Shown here: positions 47,778 through 56,598 of the stretch, piece after piece
How the letters are laid out: each line of letters opens with the position of its first letter
Position numbering within the stretch: the stretch's first letter is position 1
Assembly (NCBI GenBank): GCA_036556565.1
Contig: DATBJE010000267.1
Coordinates: forward strand, 166 to 64,165
Source: Gaiellaceae bacterium
GTDB lineage: Bacteria; Actinomycetota; Thermoleophilia; Gaiellales; Gaiellaceae
Direction of reading: 5' to 3'
DNA length: 64,000 nt
The notes under the pieces: generated by a model
Databases searched by the model: none
What the model saw: the letters and a program-made list of their open reading frames with translations, nothing else
What the model was told of the DNA's origin: nothing
Made by a program: the position numbers and the translations under genes

Positions 47778-48736
47778 TCCCGCAGCCGCTCGAGGTCGGC
47801 CTCGACCATCAGCCGGACGAGCTCGGGGAACTCGACGTCGCGTTCCCAGCCCAGCTGCTCCCGCGCCTTCGTCGGATCGCCGACGAGCGACTTCGACTCG
47901 CTGCGGCCGCGCGCGAACTCCTGGTCGTAGCGGACGTGCTCCCGCCAGTCGAGGCCCACCTCGCCGAAGGCGGCGGCGACGAAGTCCTCGACGCTCCGCG
48001 CCTCGCCGGTGGCGATGACGAAGTCGTCCGGCTCCTCCCGGGCCGCCATGAGGCGCATCGCGCGGACGTAGTCGCCCGCGAACCCCCAGTCGCGCTGCGG
48101 CGACAGGCTCCCGAGGTGGAGCTCCTGCTCGAGGCCGAGGCTGATCGCCGCCGCGCCGTGCGTCACCTTCCTCGACAGGAAGTGGATCGGCCGGCGCGGG
48201 GACTCGTGGTTGAAGAGAATCGCCGAGGACGCGTGCAGCCCGTACTCGCGCCGGAAGGCGCCGGTGACGAAGTGCCCGAAGGCCTTGCCCGCACCGTAGG
48301 GCGTCAGCGGCGTGATCGGCGTCATCTCAGTCTGCGGGCTCTCCCGCGGGGAGCCGAAGATCTCGGCCGATGCTGCGCTCACGAACCGCGCCTCGGGCCG
48401 CTCCAGGCGGATCCCGTCCAGCAGGCCGGTGACCGCGGCGACTGCGGCGATCGACGTTCCGACCGGGTCCTCCCACGAGGCGGGGACGAACGAGGCCGAC
48501 GCCAGGTGGTAGACCTCGTCCGGCTCGAGCTCGCGGAGCGCCCTGCGGATGTCCGCCGGATCGTCGAGCTCGATCGCCGGGAACCCGATCCGGTCCCTCA
48601 TCGGCGCGAGGGTCTCGTACTGTTCAGGATTCCCGAGCACGGTGCCGAACACCTCATAGCCATGCGCGAGGAGCTGTTCCGCGAGGTAGGACCCGTCCTG
48701 CCCGCCGATTCCGGTCACGAGCGCGCGACGAGCCAT
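47756..48736 (-). CDS. Gmd-family SDR paralogue; candidate GDP-4-keto-6-deoxymannose reductase (Rmd-like) or second dehydratase
   Basis: [66 protein letters not shown]. Collinear with gmd but diverged. Confidence 0.75.
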
Positions 48737-48743
48737 CGCGCGG

Positions 48744-48749
48744 ACTGTA
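48744..48749 (-). promoter_or_regulatory. -10-like TACAGT box 7 nt upstream of ATG 48736
   Basis: Minus strand reads TACAGT-CCGCGCG-ATG. The box abuts the divergent ATG at 48751. Confidence 0.4.
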
Positions 48750-48750
48750 G

Positions 48751-49818
48751 ATGAGAAGGATCCTTGTCACAGGCGCCGGGGGATCGCCCGCCGCCAACTT
48801 CGTCCACTCGCTCCGGCTCGCGCCCGAGCCGTTCCACGTCGTCGGCACCGACACGAGCGCCTTCCACCTCGAGCTCGCGCCCGTCGACGCGCGCTACCTG
48901 CTCCCCCGCGTGGACGATCCCTCCTACCTCGACGAGCTGAACGCGGTCGTGGAGCAGGAGGAGGCCGTGCTCGTCCACCCGCAGCCCGAGCAGGAGGTGC
49001 TGTTCCTGTCCCGCCGGCACGAGCGCGTGCAGGCGGCGACCTTGCTCCCGCGCGCCGAGACCGTCGAGATCTGCCAGGACAAGGCGACCTTCGCCGCCCG
49101 GATGACGGAGGCGGGGCTCCCCTCGCCGCGGTTCGCACGGCCGGAGGACGAGGAGTCCCTGCGCGCGGCGACCGCGCGGATCCTGGAGAGCCGGGACCAG
49201 GCTTGGGTACGGGCGGTGCGCGGCGCCGGCGCGCGGGCGAGCCTGCCCGTCTCGTCACCGGATCAGGCCGTCGCGTGGGTGCGCTACTGGCTGGAGCTTC
49301 GCGGGCTCGGCTACGGCGACTTCATGGTCAGCGAGTTCCTGCCCGGCCGCGAGTTCGCGTTCCAGAGCATCTGGCAGGACGGCCGGCTCGTCACGTCGGC
49401 GGCCCGGGAACGCCTCGAGTACGTGTTCGGGCACCTGATGCCGAGCGGCCAGAGCTCGAGCCCCTCGGTCGCGCGCACCGTCCACCGGGAGGACGTCAAC
49501 GAGCTGGCCTCACAGGCCGTCCTCGCGGTCGATGCCCAGGCGACCGGGGTCTTCTGCGTCGACCTCAAGGAGGACGAGGACGGCCGGCCGCTGGTCACCG
49601 AGATCAACGCCGGCCGGTTCTTCACGACGAGCAACTTCCTCGCGGAGGCGGGCGCGAACATGCCCTACTCGTACGTCCGCCTTGCGCTCGGCGAGGCCGT
49701 CAACGGCCTGCCGCGCTTCGACGCGGTCGAGCCGGATCTCTACTGGGTCCGCATGATCGACATGGGGTACAAGCTCGTCCGGGAAGGCGAATGGCGAAGC
49801 AAGCGACTCGACCGCTAG
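48751..49818 (+). CDS. ATP-grasp domain enzyme
   Basis: ILVTGAGGSPAANFV, CQDKATFAARMTEAGLPSP, FMVSEFLPGREFAFQS, TEINAGRFFTTSNF. Confidence 0.7.
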   Translation: MRRILVTGAGGSPAANFVHSLRLAPEPFHVVGTDTSAFHLELAPVDARYLLPRVDDPSYLDELNAVVEQEEAVLVHPQPEQEVLFLSRRHERVQAATLLPRAETVEICQDKATFAARMTEAGLPSPRFARPEDEESLRAATARILESRDQAWVRAVRGAGARASLPVSSPDQAVAWVRYWLELRGLGYGDFMVSEFLPGREFAFQSIWQDGRLVTSAARERLEYVFGHLMPSGQSSSPSVARTVHREDVNELASQAVLAVDAQATGVFCVDLKEDEDGRPLVTEINAGRFFTTSNFLAEAGANMPYSYVRLALGEAVNGLPRFDAVEPDLYWVRMIDMGYKLVREGEWRSKRLDR

Positions 49819-51041
49819 CGCTTTTCGACTTCGACGGCACCCTCTGCCGCCTCGACACGGACTACGACGCCCTGCGGGCCGGGCTCGAGGAGCTCGGCGG
49901 GCACGGCGATGGCCTCCTGGAGCTGATCCTCTCGCTCGACGACGAGCCCCGCGCCCGCGAGCTCGTGAACCAGGCAGAGCTCGCCGGGCTCGCAGGCGGC
50001 GAGGATGTCGACGCCGGGATCCAGCTCTACAGGGCGTTTGCGTCGGACGGCGCGCAGCTCGGCATCGTCAGCCACAACGGCCACGCCGTGATCGAGGCCT
50101 TCCTGGAGGCGCGCGGGCTTCCACGGCCCGACACGATCCTCGACCGCCGCGCCCTGGGCGGCCCGAAGGACGAGAGCGAGACGGCGGCGGCCTATGCCGG
50201 CGGGTCGGATCCGGTGTACGTGGTCGGGGACGCCGACTCCGACCGCCGGCTCGCCGAGCGGCTCGGCGGGACGTACCTCGACGTCGGCGACGAGCTGCGC
50301 TCGTACTACGAGGCGCGAGCGCACGAGATCGACGAGCTCGCGCTGACCTACGAGAGCCCGTCGCCCTACAAGCGGTTCTTCTACCGCAGCCGGTTCCGTG
50401 CGGTTCTCGGTGCGCTGGACCCGCAGGCCGGCGAGGAGATCCTCGAGATCGGCTGCGGCAGCGGCTCGTACACCCGGTCGCTGGCCGTGGCCGGCGTGCG
50501 GATCACGGCGACCGACTATGCGCCCTCCCAGCTCGCGCAGGCGCGGCGAAACGCCGGCGAGCTCGGAGCGCAGGTCGTCTTCCGGCTCGAGAACGCACAA
50601 CACCTGTCCTTTCCGGACGAGAGCTTCGACAAGGTGCTGCTCAGCGAGGTGATCGAGCACGTGCCCGAGCCGGAGCGCGCCGTCGAGGAGGCGGCCCGCG
50701 TCCTGCGGCCCGGCGGCCTGCTCGTCGTGTCGACGCCGTCGCGGTTCTCGCCCCTGAACCTCGCGTACGGCGTCAAGCGCCGCGTCCGCCGCTACGGCTT
50801 CAACGAGCATCTCCACGAGCTGACGCCCGGGTCCTTCCGGCGGCTCGTCGGGCGCCACCTCGACGTCGAGAGCCTGGAGTTCGCCAACTTCGTCCTGCCC
50901 TACCCCGTGGACGAGCTCTACCTGCGGGCCGGCAGCCCGGGGCTCGGCCTGCTCCGGGCGGTCGAGCGCGGGCTGGCGGCGCTACCAGGCGTGAAGCGCC
51001 TCGGCTGGACGATGGTCCTGCGGGCCCGGAAGCCGGCGTGA
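49791..51041 (+). CDS. HAD-like hydrolase fused to a class I SAM-dependent methyltransferase
   Basis: ATG 49791 by residue count (416 aa). LALFDFDGTL motif I, VVGDADSD motif IV; then ILEIGCGSGSYTRSL, VLLSEVIEHV, LRPGGLLVVSTP. Confidence 0.7.
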   Translation: MAKQATRPLALFDFDGTLCRLDTDYDALRAGLEELGGHGDGLLELILSLDDEPRARELVNQAELAGLAGGEDVDAGIQLYRAFASDGAQLGIVSHNGHAVIEAFLEARGLPRPDTILDRRALGGPKDESETAAAYAGGSDPVYVVGDADSDRRLAERLGGTYLDVGDELRSYYEARAHEIDELALTYESPSPYKRFFYRSRFRAVLGALDPQAGEEILEIGCGSGSYTRSLAVAGVRITATDYAPSQLAQARRNAGELGAQVVFRLENAQHLSFPDESFDKVLLSEVIEHVPEPERAVEEAARVLRPGGLLVVSTPSRFSPLNLAYGVKRRVRRYGFNEHLHELTPGSFRRLVGRHLDVESLEFANFVLPYPVDELYLRAGSPGLGLLRAVERGLAALPGVKRLGWTMVLRARKPA

Positions 51042-51886
51042 AGGTCACCGCCGTCGTCCTCTCCTGGAACGGCCGGGAGGACACGCTCGCCTGTCTCCGG
51101 TCGCTCGAGGGCGAGCCCGTCGACGTGATCGTCGTGGACAACGCCTCGACGGACGGGACCGCCGAGGCCGTGACCGGCGCGGAGGTGATCCGCAACGAGC
51201 GCAACCTCGGTTACGCGGGCGGCATGAACGTCGGCATCCGGCGGGCGCTCGAGCAGGGCGCCGACGCCGTCCTCGTGCTCAACAACGACGTCGAGGTCGA
51301 GCCGGGCGCGGTGGCGGCGCTGGTCGAGCCCGCGGGCGGTGCGGGCGCCGTCTGCCCGCTGATCGTCTTCGCGGACGACCCGGAGCGGGTCTGGTACGCC
51401 GGCGCGGGCTACGACCCCCGCAAGGGCTACAACGGGCGGCAGCGGACCGACCGGCCCGCCGAGGCCCGGGAGACGGATCGCGCCTGTGGGGCCGCGATGC
51501 TCGTCCGCCGAGAGGTCCTGGAGGCGGTCGGCCTCTTCGACGAGGAGCTCTTCGCGTACGTCGAGGACACGGACTGGTCGCTGCGCGCCCGGAAGCTGGG
51601 CCTGCCACTCCTCGTCGAGCCCGCGAGCCGCGTGCGGCACAAGGTCTCGGCGTCCACCGGCGGCGAGGGCTCGGACGGCGCCCTCTACTACTCGACGCGG
51701 AACACACTCACGGTCGCGGAGCGACACGCGCCGCTGGGGCGGCTCGGCACCTGGCGGCGACGCGCGGTGGTCGTCCTCGCCCACGGCGCGCAAGCGCTCC
51801 TCGCCCGCCGCCCGGCCAGGATCCGCGCCGTCCTCCAGGGCTGGCGCGACTTCCGACGTGGCCGCCTTGGCCCTCGCCCCGAGTAG
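51038..51886 (+). CDS. Glycosyltransferase family 2 (rhamnosyltransferase-like)
   Basis: VTAVVLSWNGREDT, VIVVDNASTDGT, NLGYAGGMN, NNDVEV, YVEDTDWSLR. Confidence 0.85.
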   Translation: MKVTAVVLSWNGREDTLACLRSLEGEPVDVIVVDNASTDGTAEAVTGAEVIRNERNLGYAGGMNVGIRRALEQGADAVLVLNNDVEVEPGAVAALVEPAGGAGAVCPLIVFADDPERVWYAGAGYDPRKGYNGRQRTDRPAEARETDRACGAAMLVRREVLEAVGLFDEELFAYVEDTDWSLRARKLGLPLLVEPASRVRHKVSASTGGEGSDGALYYSTRNTLTVAERHAPLGRLGTWRRRAVVVLAHGAQALLARRPARIRAVLQGWRDFRRGRLGPRPE

Positions 51887-51896
51887 CATCCCGCCG

Positions 51897-52358
51897 GTGA
51901 TCGACCGGATCGAGGTCATCCCCCTGCGCAAGTTCGAGGACGAGCGCGGCTGGTTCCTGGAGCTCCACCGCCGCTCGCGGGTGCCCGAGCAGATGGTGCA
52001 GACGAACCTGTCGTTCTCCCGGAAGGGCGTGATCCGCGGCCTGCACTACCACGAGCGCGGGCAGTCCGACCTCTTCGCCTGCCTCCAGGGCACCGCGCGC
52101 GTCGTGGCGCTCGACCGCGAGAGCGGCGAGATCTTCACGCTCGACATCGGCGACGACAACCCCGTCGCCGTCTTCGTTCCCGGGCGGCTGGCGCACGGCT
52201 TCGAGGCGTTGACGGACGTCCTCTTCTGCTACCACGTCACGCAGGAGTACGACGCGGCCGACCCGGACGAGCACGAGATCCCCTGGAACGACCCGCGCGT
52301 GATCGACGTCTGGGAGACGCAGGCGCCGATCCTGTCGGATCGAGACGCCGCCGCTTAG
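51897..52358 (+). CDS. RmlC-like cupin (NDP-4-keto-6-deoxyhexose 3,5-epimerase family), copy 2
   Basis: GTG 51897. FEDERGWFLE, IRGLHYH, FVPGRLAHGF, CYHVTQEYDAADPDE. Confidence 0.8.
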   Translation: MIDRIEVIPLRKFEDERGWFLELHRRSRVPEQMVQTNLSFSRKGVIRGLHYHERGQSDLFACLQGTARVVALDRESGEIFTLDIGDDNPVAVFVPGRLAHGFEALTDVLFCYHVTQEYDAADPDEHEIPWNDPRVIDVWETQAPILSDRDAAA

Positions 52359-53452
52359 CCGTCTGCCGCGACCGACCGGCGGATCGCGCTCACGACGGCC
52401 TCCTGGGTCCGCCCCCAGTTGTAGCGCTCCTCCGACGCGCGCCTGCCGTTCCGGCCCAGCTCCCGGGCGAGCTCGCGGTCCCGGAGCAGCGTCACGAGCT
52501 TCTCGGCCATGTCCTCCACCTCGGCGCGGCAGACGAGGCCCACGCGCTCGCGCTCGACGAAGCGCGCCATCTCGGGACAGTCCGTGGCGACGACGGGCCG
52601 CCCGGCGGCCATGTAGTCGAAGAGCTTGATCGGCAGCGAGAGGTCGAGGTACGCGCTGCGCCGGTGCGGGATCGCGCAGACGCTCGCGCCCGCGAGGAAC
52701 GCGGGCAGCGTGCGGAAGTCCACGGTCTCGAACGTGATCCAGGGTTCGCCCTCGGCCTGTTCCCGCAGCTCCGCGAGGTTGCCGCGGCCGCCGAGGTCGT
52801 TCATGGCGAGACGGAGCCGGAGGTCCGGAACCTCCTGTCGCGCGAGCATCGCCGCCTCGATCAGCAGGTCTGCGCCGCGGCCGCGGCTCGCCCCGCCCAC
52901 GAGCGCAACGGTGGGCTCCTCCGGCGGGTCGGTGACCGGGAAGTGCGCGGGATCGCTCGAGTTCGAGGCGATCACCCGCCGCGACTTCTCGACCGGGTAG
53001 TGGTCGGCGAAGTCCTCGGTGGCGAACCCGACCAGCCGGTAGTCCGCCATCGCGCCCTCGAGGCGCCGCGCGATCTCCTCGAGGTCCTCGCGCGAGTTGG
53101 GTGCGATCCCCAGGTCGCGGAACTGCCAGCGAGGGTCGTCCTGGACGTCGAAGTAGAGGAGCACGCAGCGCCGGGCCAGCAGGCGCCGCAGGCGCGGGCT
53201 CGGCGGCGTCGCGTGCGAGATGACGTACGGCCGGCGGAACGGGTTGGCGAGCACGAGCCCGAGCTTGGTGACGAAGAGCGCGGCCAGGAAGAGCGGCAGC
53301 CGGGTCGACACGGACGGGTGGAGGAACGTCTTCGGGCCGTCGAGGCCCTCGAGCGCGTCGTTCAGGTACTTCAGCCGCAGCCGGCCGCCCTCGAGGAACG
53401 CCGACGGGCTGACCCGCCCGAAGATCAGGAAGTGCGGTCGCCGGCGGCCCAT
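52355..53452 (-). CDS. GT-B (GT4-like) glycosyltransferase
   Basis: ATG 53452 by residue count (365 aa). The C-terminal Rossmann half reads VALVGGASRGRGADLLIEA...LPIKLFDYMAAGRPVVAT. Confidence 0.65.
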   Translation of the reverse strand: MGRRRPHFLIFGRVSPSAFLEGGRLRLKYLNDALEGLDGPKTFLHPSVSTRLPLFLAALFVTKLGLVLANPFRRPYVISHATPPSPRLRRLLARRCVLLYFDVQDDPRWQFRDLGIAPNSREDLEEIARRLEGAMADYRLVGFATEDFADHYPVEKSRRVIASNSSDPAHFPVTDPPEEPTVALVGGASRGRGADLLIEAAMLARQEVPDLRLRLAMNDLGGRGNLAELREQAEGEPWITFETVDFRTLPAFLAGASVCAIPHRRSAYLDLSLPIKLFDYMAAGRPVVATDCPEMARFVERERVGLVCRAEVEDMAEKLVTLLRDRELARELGRNGRRASEERYNWGRTQEAVVSAIRRSVAADG

Positions 53453-53478
53453 GGCCGGAATCCTGGCGACGGCGTCAG

Positions 53479-54420
53479 CTAGTGCGCGACGAGACGCCGG
53501 ACGGCGGGCTCGAGACGGTCGTCCGTCGCCTCGAGGTCGTGCGCGCCGACGATGCGCAGGAGCGAGGCGCGGGCGTCCTGCTCGACCTGCTCGTGACGGG
53601 CCGCGAGGGGCTCGGCGATCCGGTCCCCGCGGCGCGCCGGAACCGAGCGGATCACGCGCTCCGGGTAGAGGTCGGCGGCGACGTCGTGCATCTCGCGAGG
53701 CTTGCCGGGGTCGAACCCGTAGCGCGCCGGCGGCAGCACCGCCGTCCACACGACGAGGCTCACGGCCTCGGCGAGCGAGATGAAGTAGCGGCGGCACGGG
53801 GTCACGGGGATCGGCTCGCCGGGGTCCATCTGTCCCCAGAGCTCGAAGACGTTCCCGCTCGACTCGACGACGTTGTAGAAGCGCGCGACGGAGCCGCCGG
53901 CGTTCAGCGTCACGCGCTCGGCGACGAGCTTGCTGGCGCCGTACGCCGTCTCCGGCTCACACGCCTTGCAGGTGGACGCGGTCACGACGTGACAGCCCTC
54001 AGGAGCGTGCGCGAGGACGTTCCGCGTGCCGAGCACGTTCACCTCGAGCGCGCTCATCGGGTCGCGCTCGCCGTCCGGCGCGGACTTCGCGGCGGCCAGG
54101 TGGAAGATGACCTCGGGGCGGGTCTCGCGCAGCACGGCCGCGACGTCGCTCTCGACGCGGACGTCGAGCGCGGGGTCGCCGGCGTGCTTGTCGGTCGCGG
54201 TCAGCTCGGTGGAGCGGCCGAGGATCTCGGCGACCGCCGACCCGATGCTGCCCTCGGCGCCCGTGATCAGGACGCGCTTCCCGGCCAGCCGGTCGAGCGG
54301 CTCGTCGAGCGGGAGCGGCCGCTCGGGCCGTCCCAGGATCCGCTCGAGCCGGTTCAGCTCGGCGACAGGCCGCAGTGCTTCGCTCCCCACGGACGACGTA
54401 TCGGCCGACCAGAGGCTCAT
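53479..54420 (-). CDS. Short CapD/PseB/PglF-like SDR (Polysacc_synt_2 family) with variant STCKA motif
   Basis: ATG 54420 (ATGA overlap upstream). VLITGAEGSIGSAV, HLAAAKS, TASTCKACEPETAYGASKLVAE. Confidence 0.7.
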   Translation of the reverse strand: MSLWSADTSSVGSEALRPVAELNRLERILGRPERPLPLDEPLDRLAGKRVLITGAEGSIGSAVAEILGRSTELTATDKHAGDPALDVRVESDVAAVLRETRPEVIFHLAAAKSAPDGERDPMSALEVNVLGTRNVLAHAPEGCHVVTASTCKACEPETAYGASKLVAERVTLNAGGSVARFYNVVESSGNVFELWGQMDPGEPIPVTPCRRYFISLAEAVSLVVWTAVLPPARYGFDPGKPREMHDVAADLYPERVIRSVPARRGDRIAEPLAARHEQVEQDARASLLRIVGAHDLEATDDRLEPAVRRLVAH

Positions 54421-54830
54421 CTGAAGAGCTCCTTCACCTCGGGCTCCGCGCCGCGGCTGACGTCGCGGAGACGCGGCTCCGGCTCCGGCCGGCCCTCGAG
54501 CTCGCGGAGTCGCTCCTCCATGAGCGCGAGCCGCTGCGTGAGCAGCGTGCTGCGGTCGGAGAGCTTCGAGATCACTGTCGAGAAGTGCAGGAGCAGGACG
54601 ATCACGAAGAGCATCGCCAGCGCGAAGAGCGCGTTCGGCGGGTACGCGATGCCGAGCCCCTTCGAGAGCTCGTGGAGGCCCGAGCGCCAGAGCGCGAAGA
54701 CGAGGATCGCGCCGGCGGTGCCGAGCCACAGCAGCGCGTAGCGCTCGCGGAGCTTCCGGGTGCGGATGAGCTCGATGACGACGCCGAGGAGGACGACGGC
54801 GGCGAGGGCGGCGAAGAGCTGGACGGGCAT
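54417..54830 (-). CDS. DUF2304-like small membrane protein (module 2)
   Basis: 137 aa. ELIRTRKLRERYALLWL, LGIAYPPNALF and a coiled-coil tail; paralogue of 31703..32083. Confidence 0.75.
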   Translation of the reverse strand: MPVQLFAALAAVVLLGVVIELIRTRKLRERYALLWLGTAGAILVFALWRSGLHELSKGLGIAYPPNALFALAMLFVIVLLLHFSTVISKLSDRSTLLTQRLALMEERLRELEGRPEPEPRLRDVSRGAEPEVKELFR

Positions 54831-54834
54831 GGCC

Positions 54835-55593
54835 TTACTCGTCCGCCACGAGCGGCTGGCGTGGGAAGAGGCCCACGAACAGGGCCAGCAGCACCTTGAC
54901 GACGTAGTAGAACGAGCGAAGCGCCGTGATCGACGAGCGCCCGGTCAGGCGCGGCCGCATGAAGACGGGGACCTCGCAGACGCGGAGATTGCCGCGCGCT
55001 GCGGTCACGACGGCCTCGACCTCGGGGTAGTCGTGCGGGTAGTCGACGGCGAACAGGCGGATCCCGCGGCGGTTCACGGCGCGGAAGCCGGACGTCGTGT
55101 CCGTCATCCGCTGCCGGACGCGCAGCGAGACGAGCGTGGCAAAGAGGTGGATGCCGATGCGGCGCGCAATGGGCGCGCGGTAGGCGCGCGGCTCCGAGAA
55201 CCGGGTGCCGATCGCGAGGTCGGCGTGGCCCGCGAGCACCGGCTCGAGCAGGGGGCCGAGCTCGCGCGCGTCGTGCTGGCCGTCGCCGTCGACCTGAACC
55301 GCGACGTCGAAGCCGCGCTCGAGCGCGTACATGTAGCCGGCCTGGACGGCGCCGCCGATCCCGAGGTTGAGCGGAAGGCTGAGGACCCGCGCGCCCGCGG
55401 ACCGGGCGCACTCGGCGGTCGCGTCCGTGGAGCCGTCGTCCACGACCAGGACGTCGAGCTCCGGGTCGAAGTCGCGCAGCTCGAGGACGACCCCGGCGAT
55501 CGAGGCCTCCTCGTTGAACGCGGGGACGATCGCGAGGCACCGGGGGCGATTCCGGCACGCGTCGACCGCAGTGAGCGCAACCGCAGAGGTCAC
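54835..55593 (-). CDS. Polyprenyl-phosphate sugar synthase-like GT2 (PpgS/ArnC/DPM1 type), module 2
   Basis: CLAIVPAFNEEASIAGV, VLVVDDGSTDAT, NLGIGGAVQAGY, VQVDGDGQHD, DTTSGFRAVNRR. Confidence 0.8.
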   Translation of the reverse strand: MTSAVALTAVDACRNRPRCLAIVPAFNEEASIAGVVLELRDFDPELDVLVVDDGSTDATAECARSAGARVLSLPLNLGIGGAVQAGYMYALERGFDVAVQVDGDGQHDARELGPLLEPVLAGHADLAIGTRFSEPRAYRAPIARRIGIHLFATLVSLRVRQRMTDTTSGFRAVNRRGIRLFAVDYPHDYPEVEAVVTAARGNLRVCEVPVFMRPRLTGRSSITALRSFYYVVKVLLALFVGLFPRQPLVADE

Positions 55594-55611
55594 GCCGTAG
55601 GTATCGGCCGG

Positions 55612-56598
55612 TTAGAGCAGTTTCTTGACCAGTTTCCAGTACCGGGCGACGAGCGGGTTGATCGCTCGAACGGGTGAAGGCACCGGAATCATCGCGGGAG
55701 CGAGCACGGGGCTCAGGAACCGGGCCAGCTCGCGGTCCCGCACGCGGCGGAGCCGCTGCGTCTCGCGGCGGTGCTTGTGGAGCCAGCGGGCATGCCGGAT
55801 CAGCCACCCCCAGCCGCGCACCTTCTCGCCCGCCCAGCCCTCCTTGAGGGCAAGCGCGAGCATCGCCAGCTCGGCCGAGGCGAGGACCGGCGAAAGCAGC
55901 ACGAGCAGTCGCGGGGAGAACGACGAGAGCACGAACACGAGCCGGTTCCGCTCCAGCCAGTACTGCTTGCCCGGGTTGCGGTCGAAGTCGTAGTCGTGGA
56001 GGACGTCGGCCTGCGGGCTGACGACGACGCGCAGGCCCCTCAGCCGCACGCGCCAGCCGAGGATCAGGTCCTCCTGGTAGAGGAAGAGCTCCTCGGTGAA
56101 GCCGCCGAGCTCCTCGAAGAGGTCGCGGCGGATCGCCATCGCCGCGCCGCTCGGGAAGGGGACGTCCTCGAGCTCCGAGACGCTCTCCGCGGGCTCGCCG
56201 TAGCCGCCGGCCCACGCGATCCCGGTCACGTGGACGCGGTTCCCGGCCGAGTTGAGCGTCTCCGGGTCGTCCATGAGCCGCAGCCGGGCGGTGACGATGC
56301 CCACGGACGGGTCCTCGAGCGGCGCCACGAGCGCCGCCAGCGCGCCGGGCAGGACGACCGTGTCGGGGTTCAGGAAAACGAGCGCCTCGCCGGTCGCCTG
56401 CCTCGCCGCGAGGTTGTTCCCGGCGCCGTAGCCCAGGTTCTCGCCGGGCGAGAGCAGCGTCACGCCGTCGCGTGCCGTGACGTCGCCGCCGTTGTCCACG
56501 ACGATCACCTCGTGCGGCGACTCGGGGCCGAGCGAGTCGAGGAGCCGCCCCAGCGCGTCGCCGGCGCGGTAGGCGACCGTGATGACCGTCGGGGCTAG
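55612..56598 (-). CDS. Glycosyltransferase family 2, paralogue of 11294..12304 (start codon unresolved)
   Basis: VITVAYRAGDAL...VIVVDNGGD, NLGYGAGNN, NPDTVV, YQEDLILGWR. Tail ERNRLVFVLSSF...GWAGEKVRGWGW...ARYWKLVKKLL. No in-frame ATG/GTG/TTG near the N-terminus (see finding). Confidence 0.7.
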   Translation of the reverse strand, partial: LAPTVITVAYRAGDALGRLLDSLGPESPHEVIVVDNGGDVTARDGVTLLSPGENLGYGAGNNLAARQATGEALVFLNPDTVVLPGALAALVAPLEDPSVGIVTARLRLMDDPETLNSAGNRVHVTGIAWAGGYGEPAESVSELEDVPFPSGAAMAIRRDLFEELGGFTEELFLYQEDLILGWRVRLRGLRVVVSPQADVLHDYDFDRNPGKQYWLERNRLVFVLSSFSPRLLVLLSPVLASAELAMLALALKEGWAGEKVRGWGWLIRHARWLHKHRRETQRLRRVRDRELARFLSPVLAPAMIPVPSPVRAINPLVARYWKLVKKLL

